Virus record (IMG/VR): IMGVR_UViG_3300032218_002295
Reading direction: 5' to 3' (one strand)
Length of the DNA: 64,000 nucleotides
Origin: an uncultured virus (IMG/VR IMGVR_UViG_3300032218_002295)
Lineage: Duplodnaviria; Heunggongvirae; Uroviricota; Caudoviricetes
Positions within the stretch are counted from its first letter, which is position 1. Each line of letters begins with the position of its first letter. Both the position numbers and the translations under genes were made by a program. The notes under the pieces were generated by a model, which worked only from the letters and a program-made list of their open reading frames with translations, searched no databases and was not told the DNA's origin. Positions 39,156-47,895 of this stretch are shown here, one piece after another.

Positions 39156-39742
39156 AAACCGGATATAGCGGTAAGTTAAAAGTTATAGATGGTGGGCTTG
39201 ATATAGCTGATGACTCTAAAAAGTATGTGGGGATAGATCAATCTTATACTGGATTTGCCATTACTTTAATTAACGATGAAGGAAAATATAAAACTTTTGT
39301 ATATAAATCTGCGGGCCACGGTGTGGGTCGCCTTATTGATATCTATTATTTTATGGGGTATGAGGTATTTGAGGTGGCACACAATGTAGTTGCCTCCGCT
39401 ATGGAGGGCTACGCATACAACAGTACTATGGCTCATATGGCTGGAGAGCTTGGTGGTATGGTTAAACTTGAACTACATCATTGGTTCTGGGATAGCGAGG
39501 CTAAGTACCCGTATATCGTAGCTCCGGCCGTATTGAAAAAATATATTACTGGAAAAGGGACTGGGGTCCAAAAGAACCAGATTCTTCTAAATGTATATAA
39601 AAAGTGGGGGTTAGAATTTACCGATGATAATGCGGCAGATTCCTATGGTTTAGCTCGGATTGCCGCTGGAATGGCTGATCTAGCATACGAAAAAGACATA
39701 ATTAAGAAGCTTTTAGACCCCAAATATAGAGAAAAGCCGTAA
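39152..39742 (+). CDS. ruvC: RuvC-like Holliday junction resolvase
   Basis: VGIDQSYTGF, MEGY, P..LKKYITGKG...K, DNAADSYGLA. Confidence 0.85.
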   Translation: MKTGYSGKLKVIDGGLDIADDSKKYVGIDQSYTGFAITLINDEGKYKTFVYKSAGHGVGRLIDIYYFMGYEVFEVAHNVVASAMEGYAYNSTMAHMAGELGGMVKLELHHWFWDSEAKYPYIVAPAVLKKYITGKGTGVQKNQILLNVYKKWGLEFTDDNAADSYGLARIAAGMADLAYEKDIIKKLLDPKYREKP

Positions 39743-39793
39743 TACTTCTTCCTGAGGGCCTGTCATAATATCGAACCCAAAGGAATACAAACA

Positions 39794-40072
39794 GTGACAC
39801 CAGAAGAAGACGAAAAGTTTTTACGGGTAGGTGCAGGTTCTAATGCACAATCCGTTGGCTCTGCTATAGCCCATGCTCTTTATGAGACCCCACAGATCAA
39901 ACTACGTGCCGTAGGAGCCTCAGCTGTTAATCAAGCTGTCAAGGCTATTGCTATTGCTCGCGGTTACGTAGCCCCTAGAGGTTTAGACCTCACATGCCGG
40001 CCAGGATTTACGACTGTGGACTCAAGAGATGGTCAGATTAGCGCCATAGTATTTACGATTAGCGTAAACTAG
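39794..40072 (+). CDS. spoVS: SpoVS-family (Alba-like) protein
   Basis: SVGSAIA...RAVGASAVNQAVKAIAIARGYVAP.G.DL.C.PGF closely matches the SpoVS signature. Confidence 0.9.
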   Translation: MTPEEDEKFLRVGAGSNAQSVGSAIAHALYETPQIKLRAVGASAVNQAVKAIAIARGYVAPRGLDLTCRPGFTTVDSRDGQISAIVFTISVN

Positions 40073-40108
40073 ATCACGAGATCTCAACTCTAACCTTAAG
40101 GAAGTAAA

Positions 40109-40414
40109 ATGGCCAAACAACGTCAGACAATAGGTAAAGAAGGTGCGAAGTTTACTTCGCCATCAGCTTCACCAAAATCAGGCACTTTAGTAGCTAAAAA
40201 GGGTGCACAAGCAGCTGACCCTACTGCACAGGCTACATCTAAGCGCGGAACATCAGCTCCAGACTCTATGGGTGCAGCCCACACAATTAAAGCGAAGTAC
40301 ACTCGCCAGACATCTCCAGAAGCCGCAGAAACTCAGGCTAATGGTCGTGTTATGGATCCCGCAATCAAAAGAAGCTCTGATAGCTTCGGTCAGGGAATGA
40401 GCACCTCCTACTAA
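40109..40414 (+). CDS. Low-complexity basic hypothetical protein
   Basis: AAGGA SD; S/T/A/K-rich. Confidence 0.6.
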   Translation: MAKQRQTIGKEGAKFTSPSASPKSGTLVAKKGAQAADPTAQATSKRGTSAPDSMGAAHTIKAKYTRQTSPEAAETQANGRVMDPAIKRSSDSFGQGMSTSY

Positions 40415-40479
40415 TATGGTGTATGCTTTTGTGCTAGGTCCCTTAATCGGGACCTGGTACATAGCACAAGGAGGGCAGT

Positions 40480-40713
40480 ATGTTAGATAATCTTTATGCA
40501 GAAGCTAAAGATAAGAATAAGATTAGTAATTATTGCGTCGTAGGTCAGTGGGCTATTTCTTTGCCCGATAATGATCGTGCGGCATTTGATACCTCAATTA
40601 ATGATGTAGACTTCTCTACAAGAAGTCTTTTTAAGTTGTACCAAAAAGCAGGGGCAACATTCGGATTAACTTCTCTGCTTACACACCGAAATGGAGAATG
40701 TGGATGTCCCTAG
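40480..40713 (+). CDS. Small hypothetical protein with terminal H..CxC
   Basis: AAGGAGG SD; overlaps the phosphoesterase start. Confidence 0.6.
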   Translation: MLDNLYAEAKDKNKISNYCVVGQWAISLPDNDRAAFDTSINDVDFSTRSLFKLYQKAGATFGLTSLLTHRNGECGCP

Positions 40714-41882
40714 CCGATGAGTATGATTCTATAATTCAAGCAGGCAATCAAGGTTCAGATAAAGTAAATAAGAACATCCCTGATGCCTGGCGTCCTCGTT
40801 CTGAAATTGGTACAGATGGCGGTTTTATCGTCTCTACTCCACGACCCGATGGTAATACCCCGGGTGCAGAAGAGATCCTTCGTGAAGCAAATTTAGATCC
40901 TAAAGAGTGGGTTGTAGTATCGCATCGACGTTCTCGTTGGCAAACCTTTAATGGTGATTGGCTAGAATCTTTTAGAGTCAATGTAGTGCCTTCTCAAGAA
41001 ACTACAGAAAAAGATTATGATTTAGAACAATTACTAGATAATATTTCAAAATGGAAACCTGGAAAAGTTTCTGATACTAATGGTGATTACACTGCTGTAT
41101 ACAGCATTGGTGATACTCAATATGGTAAAGACGATACACCCGCAATTATTGAGCGGGTACTTCGCTCATTAGATGAGGCTACTGAACACCATAAGTATCT
41201 TTCAAAAAAGTATGCGCCAAGTCAAATTGCATTACCACAACTTGGCGACTGCATTGAGGGTATGACAAGTCAAAAAGGTAAAGTCATGGGTCGTCATGAC
41301 ATTGGTGTCTCAGAACAAGTACGCGTAGGGCGTCGTATGCTTCTTGCACAGGTAAAAGCTTTTGCACCATTAGCTAATAAGATCATTGTTCCAGTAGTGC
41401 CAGGTAATCACGATGAGGTTCAACGTTTCTTAGTTGGTCGTCCAGAAGATTCTTGGCAGATAGATATCGTTGCATCTGTAGAGGACATATGTAAGGAAAA
41501 TGATTTCCTAAAGGATAGGGTAGAGTTTAGATATCCCGCATCAGACGACAGCACTATTGCTGTTAACCTAAGCGGAACTATGTACGGAATGGCACATGGA
41601 CATCAGTCTCGTGACATGATTAAATGGTGGGGCGGCCAAGCCATGGGACGTTGCTCTGTTGCACAGGCAGATATTCTTAATGTTGGTCACTATCACCATT
41701 ACCGCGCTCAAAGCGTGGGTCCGCGACTCTTTATTCAAAATCCAGCGATGGATAATGGATCTGCTTGGTTTAGAGATAAGTCAGGTCTAGAGAGTGCTCC
41801 AGGAATTGTATCTATGGTATTGGGAGACGGCGTAGATCCACGTAGAGAGCTAGTGGTTCTAGGTGGGCATAACGACCGTTAA
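40698..41882 (+). CDS. Calcineurin-like metallophosphoesterase/nuclease
   Basis: GDTQYG, LGDCIEG, PGNHDE, AHGH, GHYHH. Confidence 0.88.
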   Translation: MWMSLADEYDSIIQAGNQGSDKVNKNIPDAWRPRSEIGTDGGFIVSTPRPDGNTPGAEEILREANLDPKEWVVVSHRRSRWQTFNGDWLESFRVNVVPSQETTEKDYDLEQLLDNISKWKPGKVSDTNGDYTAVYSIGDTQYGKDDTPAIIERVLRSLDEATEHHKYLSKKYAPSQIALPQLGDCIEGMTSQKGKVMGRHDIGVSEQVRVGRRMLLAQVKAFAPLANKIIVPVVPGNHDEVQRFLVGRPEDSWQIDIVASVEDICKENDFLKDRVEFRYPASDDSTIAVNLSGTMYGMAHGHQSRDMIKWWGGQAMGRCSVAQADILNVGHYHHYRAQSVGPRLFIQNPAMDNGSAWFRDKSGLESAPGIVSMVLGDGVDPRRELVVLGGHNDR

Positions 41883-41888
41883 GTAGAT

Positions 41889-41961
41889 TGACCCATAGCT
41901 CAGTCGGCAGAGCGGAGCACTGTTAATGCTTAGGTCCCTGGTTCGAGCCCAGGTGGGTCAG
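41889..41961 (+). tRNA. tRNA-Asn (GTT)
   Basis: Acceptor tgaccca/tgggtca, anticodon loop ctGTTaa, T-arm ggttcgag; CCA not encoded. Confidence 0.92.
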
Positions 41962-41976
41962 CGGTATAATTACACG

Positions 41977-42099
41977 ATGAATATATTTAAAACTAAACCC
42001 TCTAAAGTTGTATGGGTACAGTGCTATCACTGCGCTACATCTTTTGAAATTGCAAAAGAAAACGTACGAGTCAGTAATTACTGTAATTCTTGTAAGTAA
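41977..42099 (+). CDS. Zinc-finger microprotein (40 aa) between tRNAs
   Basis: TATAAT-6nt-ATG; MNIFKTKPSKVVWVQCYHC...YCNSCK read by hand. Confidence 0.65.
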   Translation: MNIFKTKPSKVVWVQCYHCATSFEIAKENVRVSNYCNSCK

Positions 42100-42105
42100 A
42101 TTCTT

Positions 42106-42181
42106 GCGGTTGTAGCTCAGTTGGTAGAGCGGCACCTTGCCAAGGTGCAGGTCGCGAGTTCGAGCCTCGTCAACCGCTCCA
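42106..42181 (+). tRNA. tRNA-Gly (GCC)
   Basis: gcggttg/caaccgc acceptor, ttGCCaa loop, encoded CCA. Confidence 0.95.
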
Positions 42182-42182
42182 T

Positions 42183-42253
42183 TCCCAGATCGTCTAACGG
42201 TAGGACAACTGCCTCTGGAGCAGTGAGTTGTGGTTCGAATCCATGTCTGGGAG
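42183..42253 (+). tRNA. tRNA-Gln (CTG)
   Basis: tcccaga/tctggga acceptor, actgc-ctCTGga-gcagt anticodon arm, ggttcgaatcc T-arm. Confidence 0.9.
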
Positions 42254-42257
42254 CATT

Positions 42258-42290
42258 AAAAAACCCCCGGATATTAACCGGGGGTTTTTT
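42258..42290. terminator. Bidirectional terminator between convergent units
   Basis: aaaaaacccccgg-atattaa-ccgggggtttttt. Confidence 0.85.
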
Positions 42291-42291
42291 A

Positions 42292-42387
42292 TTAGTCTTT
42301 TTCTGCCCAATGCATTCCAAGCCATGTTACCGCAACCAAAGTTACAAGAAACACTCCCTGGAATGTGATGTGAGTAAAGAAATACAT
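42292..42387 (-). CDS. 31-aa single-pass membrane peptide downstream of the endolysin
   Basis: Read by hand: MYFFTHITFQGVFLVTLVAVTWLGMHWAEKD; TAATG coupling. Confidence 0.55.
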   Translation of the reverse strand: MYFFTHITFQGVFLVTLVAVTWLGMHWAEKD

Positions 42388-43133
42388 TAAATAAGATCCA
42401 TTAATGCTGCCCAAGTCTTAGGGCCTACGATTCCGTTAGAATCTAAGTTAGCATGATTATCTTGAAATGCAATAACCTTTGCTTTTGTAGCTGGGCCAAA
42501 ATCGCCGTCTTCTACAAGAGTTAACGCGTGTTGGATAGCCTTAACAGCTTCTCCTTTATCGCCAGGGCGAATCTGTCCTGGGAATGCTGGCTTAAGTGCT
42601 GGAACAACTTCTGCTGTTACTTCGTTACCCTTGTAATTAGGGCGTCCAAAGCCTTCGATGAACACAGGGATTCCTTTAGCGTTCTTTTTGTAAGCGCGAA
42701 TCTTCTTTACAGCTTCTCCGCCGTTTGCCTGTGAGCCAGACTTCTTCTTGTCACCAGAGGTATTACCCTCCATAGTGGTGACTGTGCCATCGCCATTATC
42801 TTTGACTACAATACCAACGTGCTCGATTGGAGCACCGCCAGCCATAAAATCAAAGTAAACGATATCGCCAGGTTCTGGCTTAGCTGCAGCCGCGTCTGTC
42901 CAAGTACCAAGCTTCTTAAATGCTGCTGCACCTGCCATTGTTGAGACAGTGTTGGGAATCTTTACGCCAGCGGCGTTTGCTACCCACATGCAGAAACTTC
43001 CACACCATGGCAAAAAGTTAGCTTTTGTAAAAGCTCCGTACTTAGTTTCGTTATCTTTTGGACCTTCTACGTATCCTTCTTCTTTGAGGGCAAGTTCTAC
43101 CATCAAAGCAGCGGTACCTTTTGCTGCTGCCAT
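42387..43133 (-). CDS. Endolysin: CHAP/NlpC-type amidase plus peptidoglycan-binding domain
   Basis: PWCGSF, PGDIVYF, HVGIV, EGNT; C-terminal DGDFGPAT..V..FQ...GIVGPKTWAAL. Confidence 0.92.
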   Translation of the reverse strand: MAAAKGTAALMVELALKEEGYVEGPKDNETKYGAFTKANFLPWCGSFCMWVANAAGVKIPNTVSTMAGAAAFKKLGTWTDAAAAKPEPGDIVYFDFMAGGAPIEHVGIVVKDNGDGTVTTMEGNTSGDKKKSGSQANGGEAVKKIRAYKKNAKGIPVFIEGFGRPNYKGNEVTAEVVPALKPAFPGQIRPGDKGEAVKAIQHALTLVEDGDFGPATKAKVIAFQDNHANLDSNGIVGPKTWAALMDLI

Positions 43134-43143
43134 GTTTTACTCC

Positions 43144-43473
43144 TTAGTTGTAGTGTGGGTCGTCTTCTTTAGACTTTGGTTCAATTGTAATAGATGAACC
43201 TGATTGATTAGCCTCAACCTGTAGGTCAGCCGCTGTCTTAGAATTTACATCAACTGCTGCAAATGCAGAGTTAATCTCATCTAGTGATAGCTTGCCGTCA
43301 TTCATAAAGCCACGCGCTAGCTTTTCTACTACTGCGGCTACTGCTGTAAGGCCAGCCACTGTTACTGCTTTTAATACTGAAATGCCAGCAATAGAGCCAG
43401 CTCCAATTACTCCTAGACCGCTAGCAGCAAATACTGCAACGATACGTAGAATAATGTTTCCAAACATCTTCAT
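43144..43473 (-). CDS. Holin-like membrane protein
   Basis: Two TM helices then DGKLSLDEIN; adjacent to the endolysin. Confidence 0.6.
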   Translation of the reverse strand: MKMFGNIILRIVAVFAASGLGVIGAGSIAGISVLKAVTVAGLTAVAAVVEKLARGFMNDGKLSLDEINSAFAAVDVNSKTAADLQVEANQSGSSITIEPKSKEDDPHYN

Positions 43474-43655
43474 TATTCATCTCCTGGGTTTCTAAGTCTG
43501 AGTGTTATGCACCATACGACGAATGATGCAAGTGTTACTTTGCCAATAACTGTCTTTGCTGAGCCAGTAAGAACTAGCCATGCAGAAAACAGACCAACAA
43601 AGGTCCAGATTTCTGAAAAGAAGTCTCGGGATATATCTTTAAAGAACTGCTTCAT
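43473..43655 (-). CDS. Small two-TM membrane protein
   Basis: Hydrophobic; coupled within the operon. Confidence 0.65.
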   Translation of the reverse strand: MKQFFKDISRDFFSEIWTFVGLFSAWLVLTGSAKTVIGKVTLASFVVWCITLRLRNPGDE

Positions 43656-45985
43656 TAGTTGAATCTCCTTCGGATAGCAGCAACTACAACGGTTATAACT
43701 AGAATTTTTTTGGCTTTTTTACGGGTAACGGGGGACATGTCGTTTCCGATATTCGCAAGAGCTACATAGGCCTCGTTAACGGCCTGTGCTGCTGCTCCTA
43801 CGCCTGGTATAACGTCTAGTGCTGCGGGTACTTCAACAGGTACTAATTCTACAGGGACAGCAACATCTGGGGCATTAAACGTCATTCCTCCAGGCTGTCC
43901 AATAAATGTTTCAGCAATAGTGACGGCTTCAGGATCGATTGGTAATCCAGAACCAGGTGGTGGGGGAGGAGGAGTGAGTTTTCCATCTTCGCCAACAACC
44001 TGAGGTTGAGTTTTAGTTCCAAAGAATTCAATTCCTCCATTTTCAACACCAGCCTTATCTTCTTGAATGTGAGGTACAAGTAGTTCAGCAGGTGCTTCTT
44101 TTGGTATAGAATCTGGTAATTGATCAGGACTATTAGGTTCTAATCCAGGAACAACAGGAGGTTCAGGTGACGGTTCAGGAGTGGGTTCAGGCATTGGAGC
44201 GGGCTCAGGAGCAGGTTCAGGCATTGGCTCAGGAGCAGGTTCAGGTGCTGGGTCTGTTGGCTGCTCAGGCTCGACTGTTGGTTCCTCAGGAGCAGGATCG
44301 GCAGGATCATTTACAGCAGGTGGTTCGTCAGGTAATGCAGGAACAGGGTCCACTGCTGGCGCGTCTGGCTCAACTGGAGCGTCTAGAACAGGATCAGGCT
44401 CGGGAGTTTGCGGAGGCTCTGATGGTTGATCCGCGGGAACAGTTGGTTCAGTTGGAGGCTCAGGTTGAGGTTGCTGAGCCGCAGCAGCTGCAGCAGCTTC
44501 AGCAGCAGCTTCAGCAGCTTCAGCAGCAGCACGAGCAGCGGCTTCAGCAGCGAGTCGAGCAGCTTCAGCAGCAGCAGCTTGCTGAGCCGCTAACAGAGCA
44601 GCAGCTTCAGCATCTCTCTGAGCTTGCAATTGAATCTGAGCGTCAACATACTGAGAAACAACAGTGGAAACTGTGGTAACTGCTGTATTTAGAGCAGTTT
44701 TAGCTTCAGCAACTTTAGTTTCTGCAGTATTAGCTAGAGTTGTGGCTGTAGCCACAGATGCGGTAGCTGTATCAGTAAGCTGGGTAAGTACAACAACCTC
44801 TGCTGCCTTAACCTGAGTTTTATCAGCAACTACGGATGTAGCAGCCGTTTTATTGGCTGTAAGGGTATTAAGAGTTGTGGTGTCAGTAGTAAGAGTAGTT
44901 TGAGCAGCTGTAGCCTCGGCTACCAATACGGGATCTTTGGTGGTTGTTACGGTGCTAAAAGCTGTAGCTCCTGGGTTAGTCCAATATCCAGAGCCATTTG
45001 CTAGGGTAATACCCCAACCAAGTGTTACGTTAGCCCCACCACCGTGCTCGTAATACCAAAGCACAAAGTCTTGTTGCTTATCTGTAGTTGTATTGTAAGT
45101 TGGGGAATACTGGCTCCAAGTAGCGCCTTGGTCTCTCCAGTTATTAATAGCAAGAACACCATCTAAATATAGTTTTGCGCCATCATCTGAGTAAACGGCG
45201 TATTTAACCGCAACTGCTTCTTCTGGGACAGTAATAGTTCCCTCATACTTAATAATAACATTATCTACTCGTCCTGAATTAAGCACCTGTCCGCTGCCCC
45301 AGCTCGCAGAGATATAAGGAACAGTGGTTGTTGATAGAGGTACTTTGTCTGGTGTAGGGAGTGGAGTAGCGGTGCTTCCACTGTACGCGTAGGTAGTTGC
45401 TTTAACGCCATTGACCACAGTCTCAACAACAGAAGCATCCGCTGCCGCTGTAGTAGTAGCAACGTTAACGGTATCGACGGCTACCACGGCTGTCTGGGAA
45501 TCAACAGCTGCGGTAACTGTAGCAAGTGCAGTCTGTGCATTATTTAAGTTAGTGGTTGCTGTAGCTACGACTACAGTTTGAGAGTCTACAGCTTGAAGAT
45601 CTGCAGCAGCTGTAGCTGTAGCCGATTCTGCAGCTTGAATAGCTGTATGAGCATCATTAATCGCCACAGTAGCTGATTCAATAGCTGTTGTAGCTACAGT
45701 GCTAGATTCTACAACGGTCATTTTTTCTTGAGTGTCTACTACAGCAGTGACAGACTCGCTAGCGGTCGTTACAGCAGTATTTAACTCAGCTGTAGCTGTG
45801 TCTACCTTTTCAATGGCTGCAGCTAAGGCAATCGGTAGAGGAACTGTGGCTGTTGAGGTATCTGAGGCGGGGGAAACTACCACCTGTTCAGGTGTTATAG
45901 GTTCTTCTGCATGGGCAGCTGATGTACCGACAAAGTATAAGAATAATACAAGAAATAGTTCTACGATTAGACGTAGTTTTCTTAT
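43655..45985 (-). CDS. Secreted, membrane-anchored PA14-domain surface protein with Ala/Thr-rich and Pro-rich stalk
   Basis: Frame open upstream of 45883 to ATA at 45985 after SD AAGGAG, giving signal peptide MRKLRLIVELFLVLFLYFVGTSAAHA; PA14 motifs SDDGAKLYLDG..INNW.DQG, YYEHGGGA; PEP repeats; C-terminal hydrophobic segment plus RRR. Confidence 0.8.
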   Translation of the reverse strand: MRKLRLIVELFLVLFLYFVGTSAAHAEEPITPEQVVVSPASDTSTATVPLPIALAAAIEKVDTATAELNTAVTTASESVTAVVDTQEKMTVVESSTVATTAIESATVAINDAHTAIQAAESATATAAADLQAVDSQTVVVATATTNLNNAQTALATVTAAVDSQTAVVAVDTVNVATTTAAADASVVETVVNGVKATTYAYSGSTATPLPTPDKVPLSTTTVPYISASWGSGQVLNSGRVDNVIIKYEGTITVPEEAVAVKYAVYSDDGAKLYLDGVLAINNWRDQGATWSQYSPTYNTTTDKQQDFVLWYYEHGGGANVTLGWGITLANGSGYWTNPGATAFSTVTTTKDPVLVAEATAAQTTLTTDTTTLNTLTANKTAATSVVADKTQVKAAEVVVLTQLTDTATASVATATTLANTAETKVAEAKTALNTAVTTVSTVVSQYVDAQIQLQAQRDAEAAALLAAQQAAAAEAARLAAEAAARAAAEAAEAAAEAAAAAAAQQPQPEPPTEPTVPADQPSEPPQTPEPDPVLDAPVEPDAPAVDPVPALPDEPPAVNDPADPAPEEPTVEPEQPTDPAPEPAPEPMPEPAPEPAPMPEPTPEPSPEPPVVPGLEPNSPDQLPDSIPKEAPAELLVPHIQEDKAGVENGGIEFFGTKTQPQVVGEDGKLTPPPPPPGSGLPIDPEAVTIAETFIGQPGGMTFNAPDVAVPVELVPVEVPAALDVIPGVGAAAQAVNEAYVALANIGNDMSPVTRKKAKKILVITVVVAAIRRRFN

Positions 45986-46081
45986 TCTTGGCTCCTTTTA
46001 TTCAATTAAGTCGTTACTTTATCATGACACGGTGTATTTTATAGCCCATAGTTAGCGCTACACCACCCAGTAGGAGCCTAA

Positions 46082-46381
46082 ATGACTGTAGATCAGTGGG
46101 CAACAACTCTTTCAGGTTTTCTAGCAGTTATTGTTGGCGTAGGAGCAGGAGTTCGTTGGCTTATGAAAAGTTACATTCACAAGTATGTAGAAGAAATACG
46201 CGCTGAAGCTTTAGAGTATTTAGTTGAACTAAAGCCAAACTCGGGGTCGTCATTAAACGATACCATTCGTTTAGAAGTACTTCCTTTGATCAAAGAATTA
46301 CGCGAAAATCAAATAGGTATAGGTAATACTGTAGCTAAACTTGAGGGTAAATTTGAGCAGCACACCCAAGAACACGCCTAA
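46082..46381 (+). CDS. Membrane protein with N-terminal TM and coiled coil (lysis-associated type)
   Basis: AGGAG SD; TM then ELKPNSGSSL.D motif. Confidence 0.65.
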   Translation: MTVDQWATTLSGFLAVIVGVGAGVRWLMKSYIHKYVEEIRAEALEYLVELKPNSGSSLNDTIRLEVLPLIKELRENQIGIGNTVAKLEGKFEQHTQEHA

Positions 46382-46443
46382 GTGGTAGATTTTTCTCTAA
46401 AGTAGGTATAGGATATTCATACCTAACCCGAAAGAGGTAACAC

Positions 46444-46638
46444 ATGAATAAGGACCAACTAACAGCAGCCCTAGGCTCTTACATCCGCGCTTCTCTATCA
46501 GCAGTTGCGGCCCTGTACATGAGCGGCATTACTGACCCAAAGACTCTGGCAAACGCATTTTTAGCCGGTCTACTTGGGCCTCTTGCAAAGGCTGTTAATC
46601 CAAAGGATAAGTCTTTTGGTCTTGGTGCTAACAAGTAA
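46444..46638 (+). CDS. Putative holin
   Basis: Two short TM helices; SYIRA...NPKD.SFG pattern of small actinophage holins. Confidence 0.6.
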   Translation: MNKDQLTAALGSYIRASLSAVAALYMSGITDPKTLANAFLAGLLGPLAKAVNPKDKSFGLGANK

Positions 46639-46654
46639 ATAATTAGAAAGAATG

Positions 46655-46684
46655 CGGGGACAGACCAGTTTCTGTCCCCGTTTT
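46655..46684 (+). terminator. Intrinsic terminator
   Basis: cggggacaga...tctgtccccg followed by tttt. Confidence 0.75.
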
Positions 46685-46700
46685 CCTTTATAATGCCAAT

Positions 46701-47246
46701 ATGCCTCAATCACATCAAAACTGGCAGTACCTAGGAGCCAATGGCTACGTAGGTGCTTACACGACCACCGGCGGTGGCGGAACTCCAGTCGTTCCTCGCA
46801 GCGACATGGATTACTTACGCCTTGGTATCGGTCGCACGCCAGAGGCAGAATATCCAGATGGTTATTTAGGAACAATTCGTTCACGTCGCGATGATCGTGG
46901 TCGTCCGTCTTCAACTTCAGATAGTGTTCTTAATTCATTAAAGCAACGACAAAGTCAGCGCGGATATCAACGCGGCATTCACAAAGGCGAGCGAATTGAT
47001 GCTAGCCAGTATTATTGGCCACAAGGCATGGATCCCGCTCGTAGATTAAAGACCAAATCTTTTAGCGTAGAAAATAATCAGGGTGGAATTGTTATGTCAA
47101 CACTTCGTAACAAGCCTTCATTTAATCTTGCTCCTGCCCCACACCTAGTAAACGACGGTAAAGCTAATATTTCAGCTAACGTCCCTGCAGAATTTAATCC
47201 AGCAGTTTCTCGTAATTTTACGCATTTACGTCCAAGGTGGGTATAG
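46701..47246 (+). CDS. Hypothetical protein (leaderless)
   Basis: TATAAT-6nt-ATG; EYPDGYLGTIRSRR motif. Confidence 0.7.
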   Translation: MPQSHQNWQYLGANGYVGAYTTTGGGGTPVVPRSDMDYLRLGIGRTPEAEYPDGYLGTIRSRRDDRGRPSSTSDSVLNSLKQRQSQRGYQRGIHKGERIDASQYYWPQGMDPARRLKTKSFSVENNQGGIVMSTLRNKPSFNLAPAPHLVNDGKANISANVPAEFNPAVSRNFTHLRPRWV

Positions 47247-47533
47247 TGGCTACTAATAAACGTCCAACTAAGAAAGCATCTGCGCCTAAAGAAAAGGGCA
47301 GAATTATTACTGACCCAAGAAAAGTTGCCGCAATCTACGAAGTAGGCCTTAGCACAGTAAAACGTAATATTGAAAAGATTCCACATGAAAAGCGTATGAA
47401 GGGTCTTCAAGGAAGTCGTAATACACATTTCTTTGATACAAACGAAATACGCAACCACCTGCAGAGCTTAGGAGCTCAGCCAGGCGACTCTAGATTAGAA
47501 AAATTAGAAAGAGTACATCGAGGAGAAGAATGA
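47246..47533 (+). CDS. Basic hypothetical protein, possible HTH
   Basis: Coupled GTG start; KVAAIYEVGLSTVKR. Confidence 0.55.
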   Translation: MATNKRPTKKASAPKEKGRIITDPRKVAAIYEVGLSTVKRNIEKIPHEKRMKGLQGSRNTHFFDTNEIRNHLQSLGAQPGDSRLEKLERVHRGEE

Positions 47534-47895
47534 ACTCCGCAGATGGAGTCTACGACCACTCCAAAGGTCGTCCAATTGTTGGGGAGTATAATGACCCTCA
47601 AGAACCTCGCTATGACTATCTTGGTCCTTTCTCCTCAATTCAAGATTCTCTGATATCACGTGCTATTGCTTCTGTAACTATGCCTGGGGAATCTCTCCAG
47701 GAAATGGTTCGACCACCATTGCCACAGATCATGATGTTTCCACCACGATACGGTTATAGAACTCGCGCCCTAAGCGTCATGGATATCATGCGTGTAAATG
47801 AAGATATGCACCCATATCCAACCCGTGTAGATGTATACGGCCAGGCCGGAGCAGAAGGTACACAAAGAAATGCTCAAGGACAAGGATTCTGGTAA
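47530..47895 (+). CDS. Hypothetical protein
   Basis: GGAG SD; ATGA overlap. Confidence 0.65.
   Translation: MNSADGVYDHSKGRPIVGEYNDPQEPRYDYLGPFSSIQDSLISRAIASVTMPGESLQEMVRPPLPQIMMFPPRYGYRTRALSVMDIMRVNEDMHPYPTRVDVYGQAGAEGTQRNAQGQGFW

Noticed and set aside
41923..42390. ORFs 41923..42135, 42117..42320 and 42121..42390
   Set aside because: They overlap well-formed tRNAs and a terminator
44167..44679. Gln-rich and Gly/Ser-rich + strand ORFs
   Set aside because: Antisense shadows of the Ala/Pro repeats in the PA14 gene
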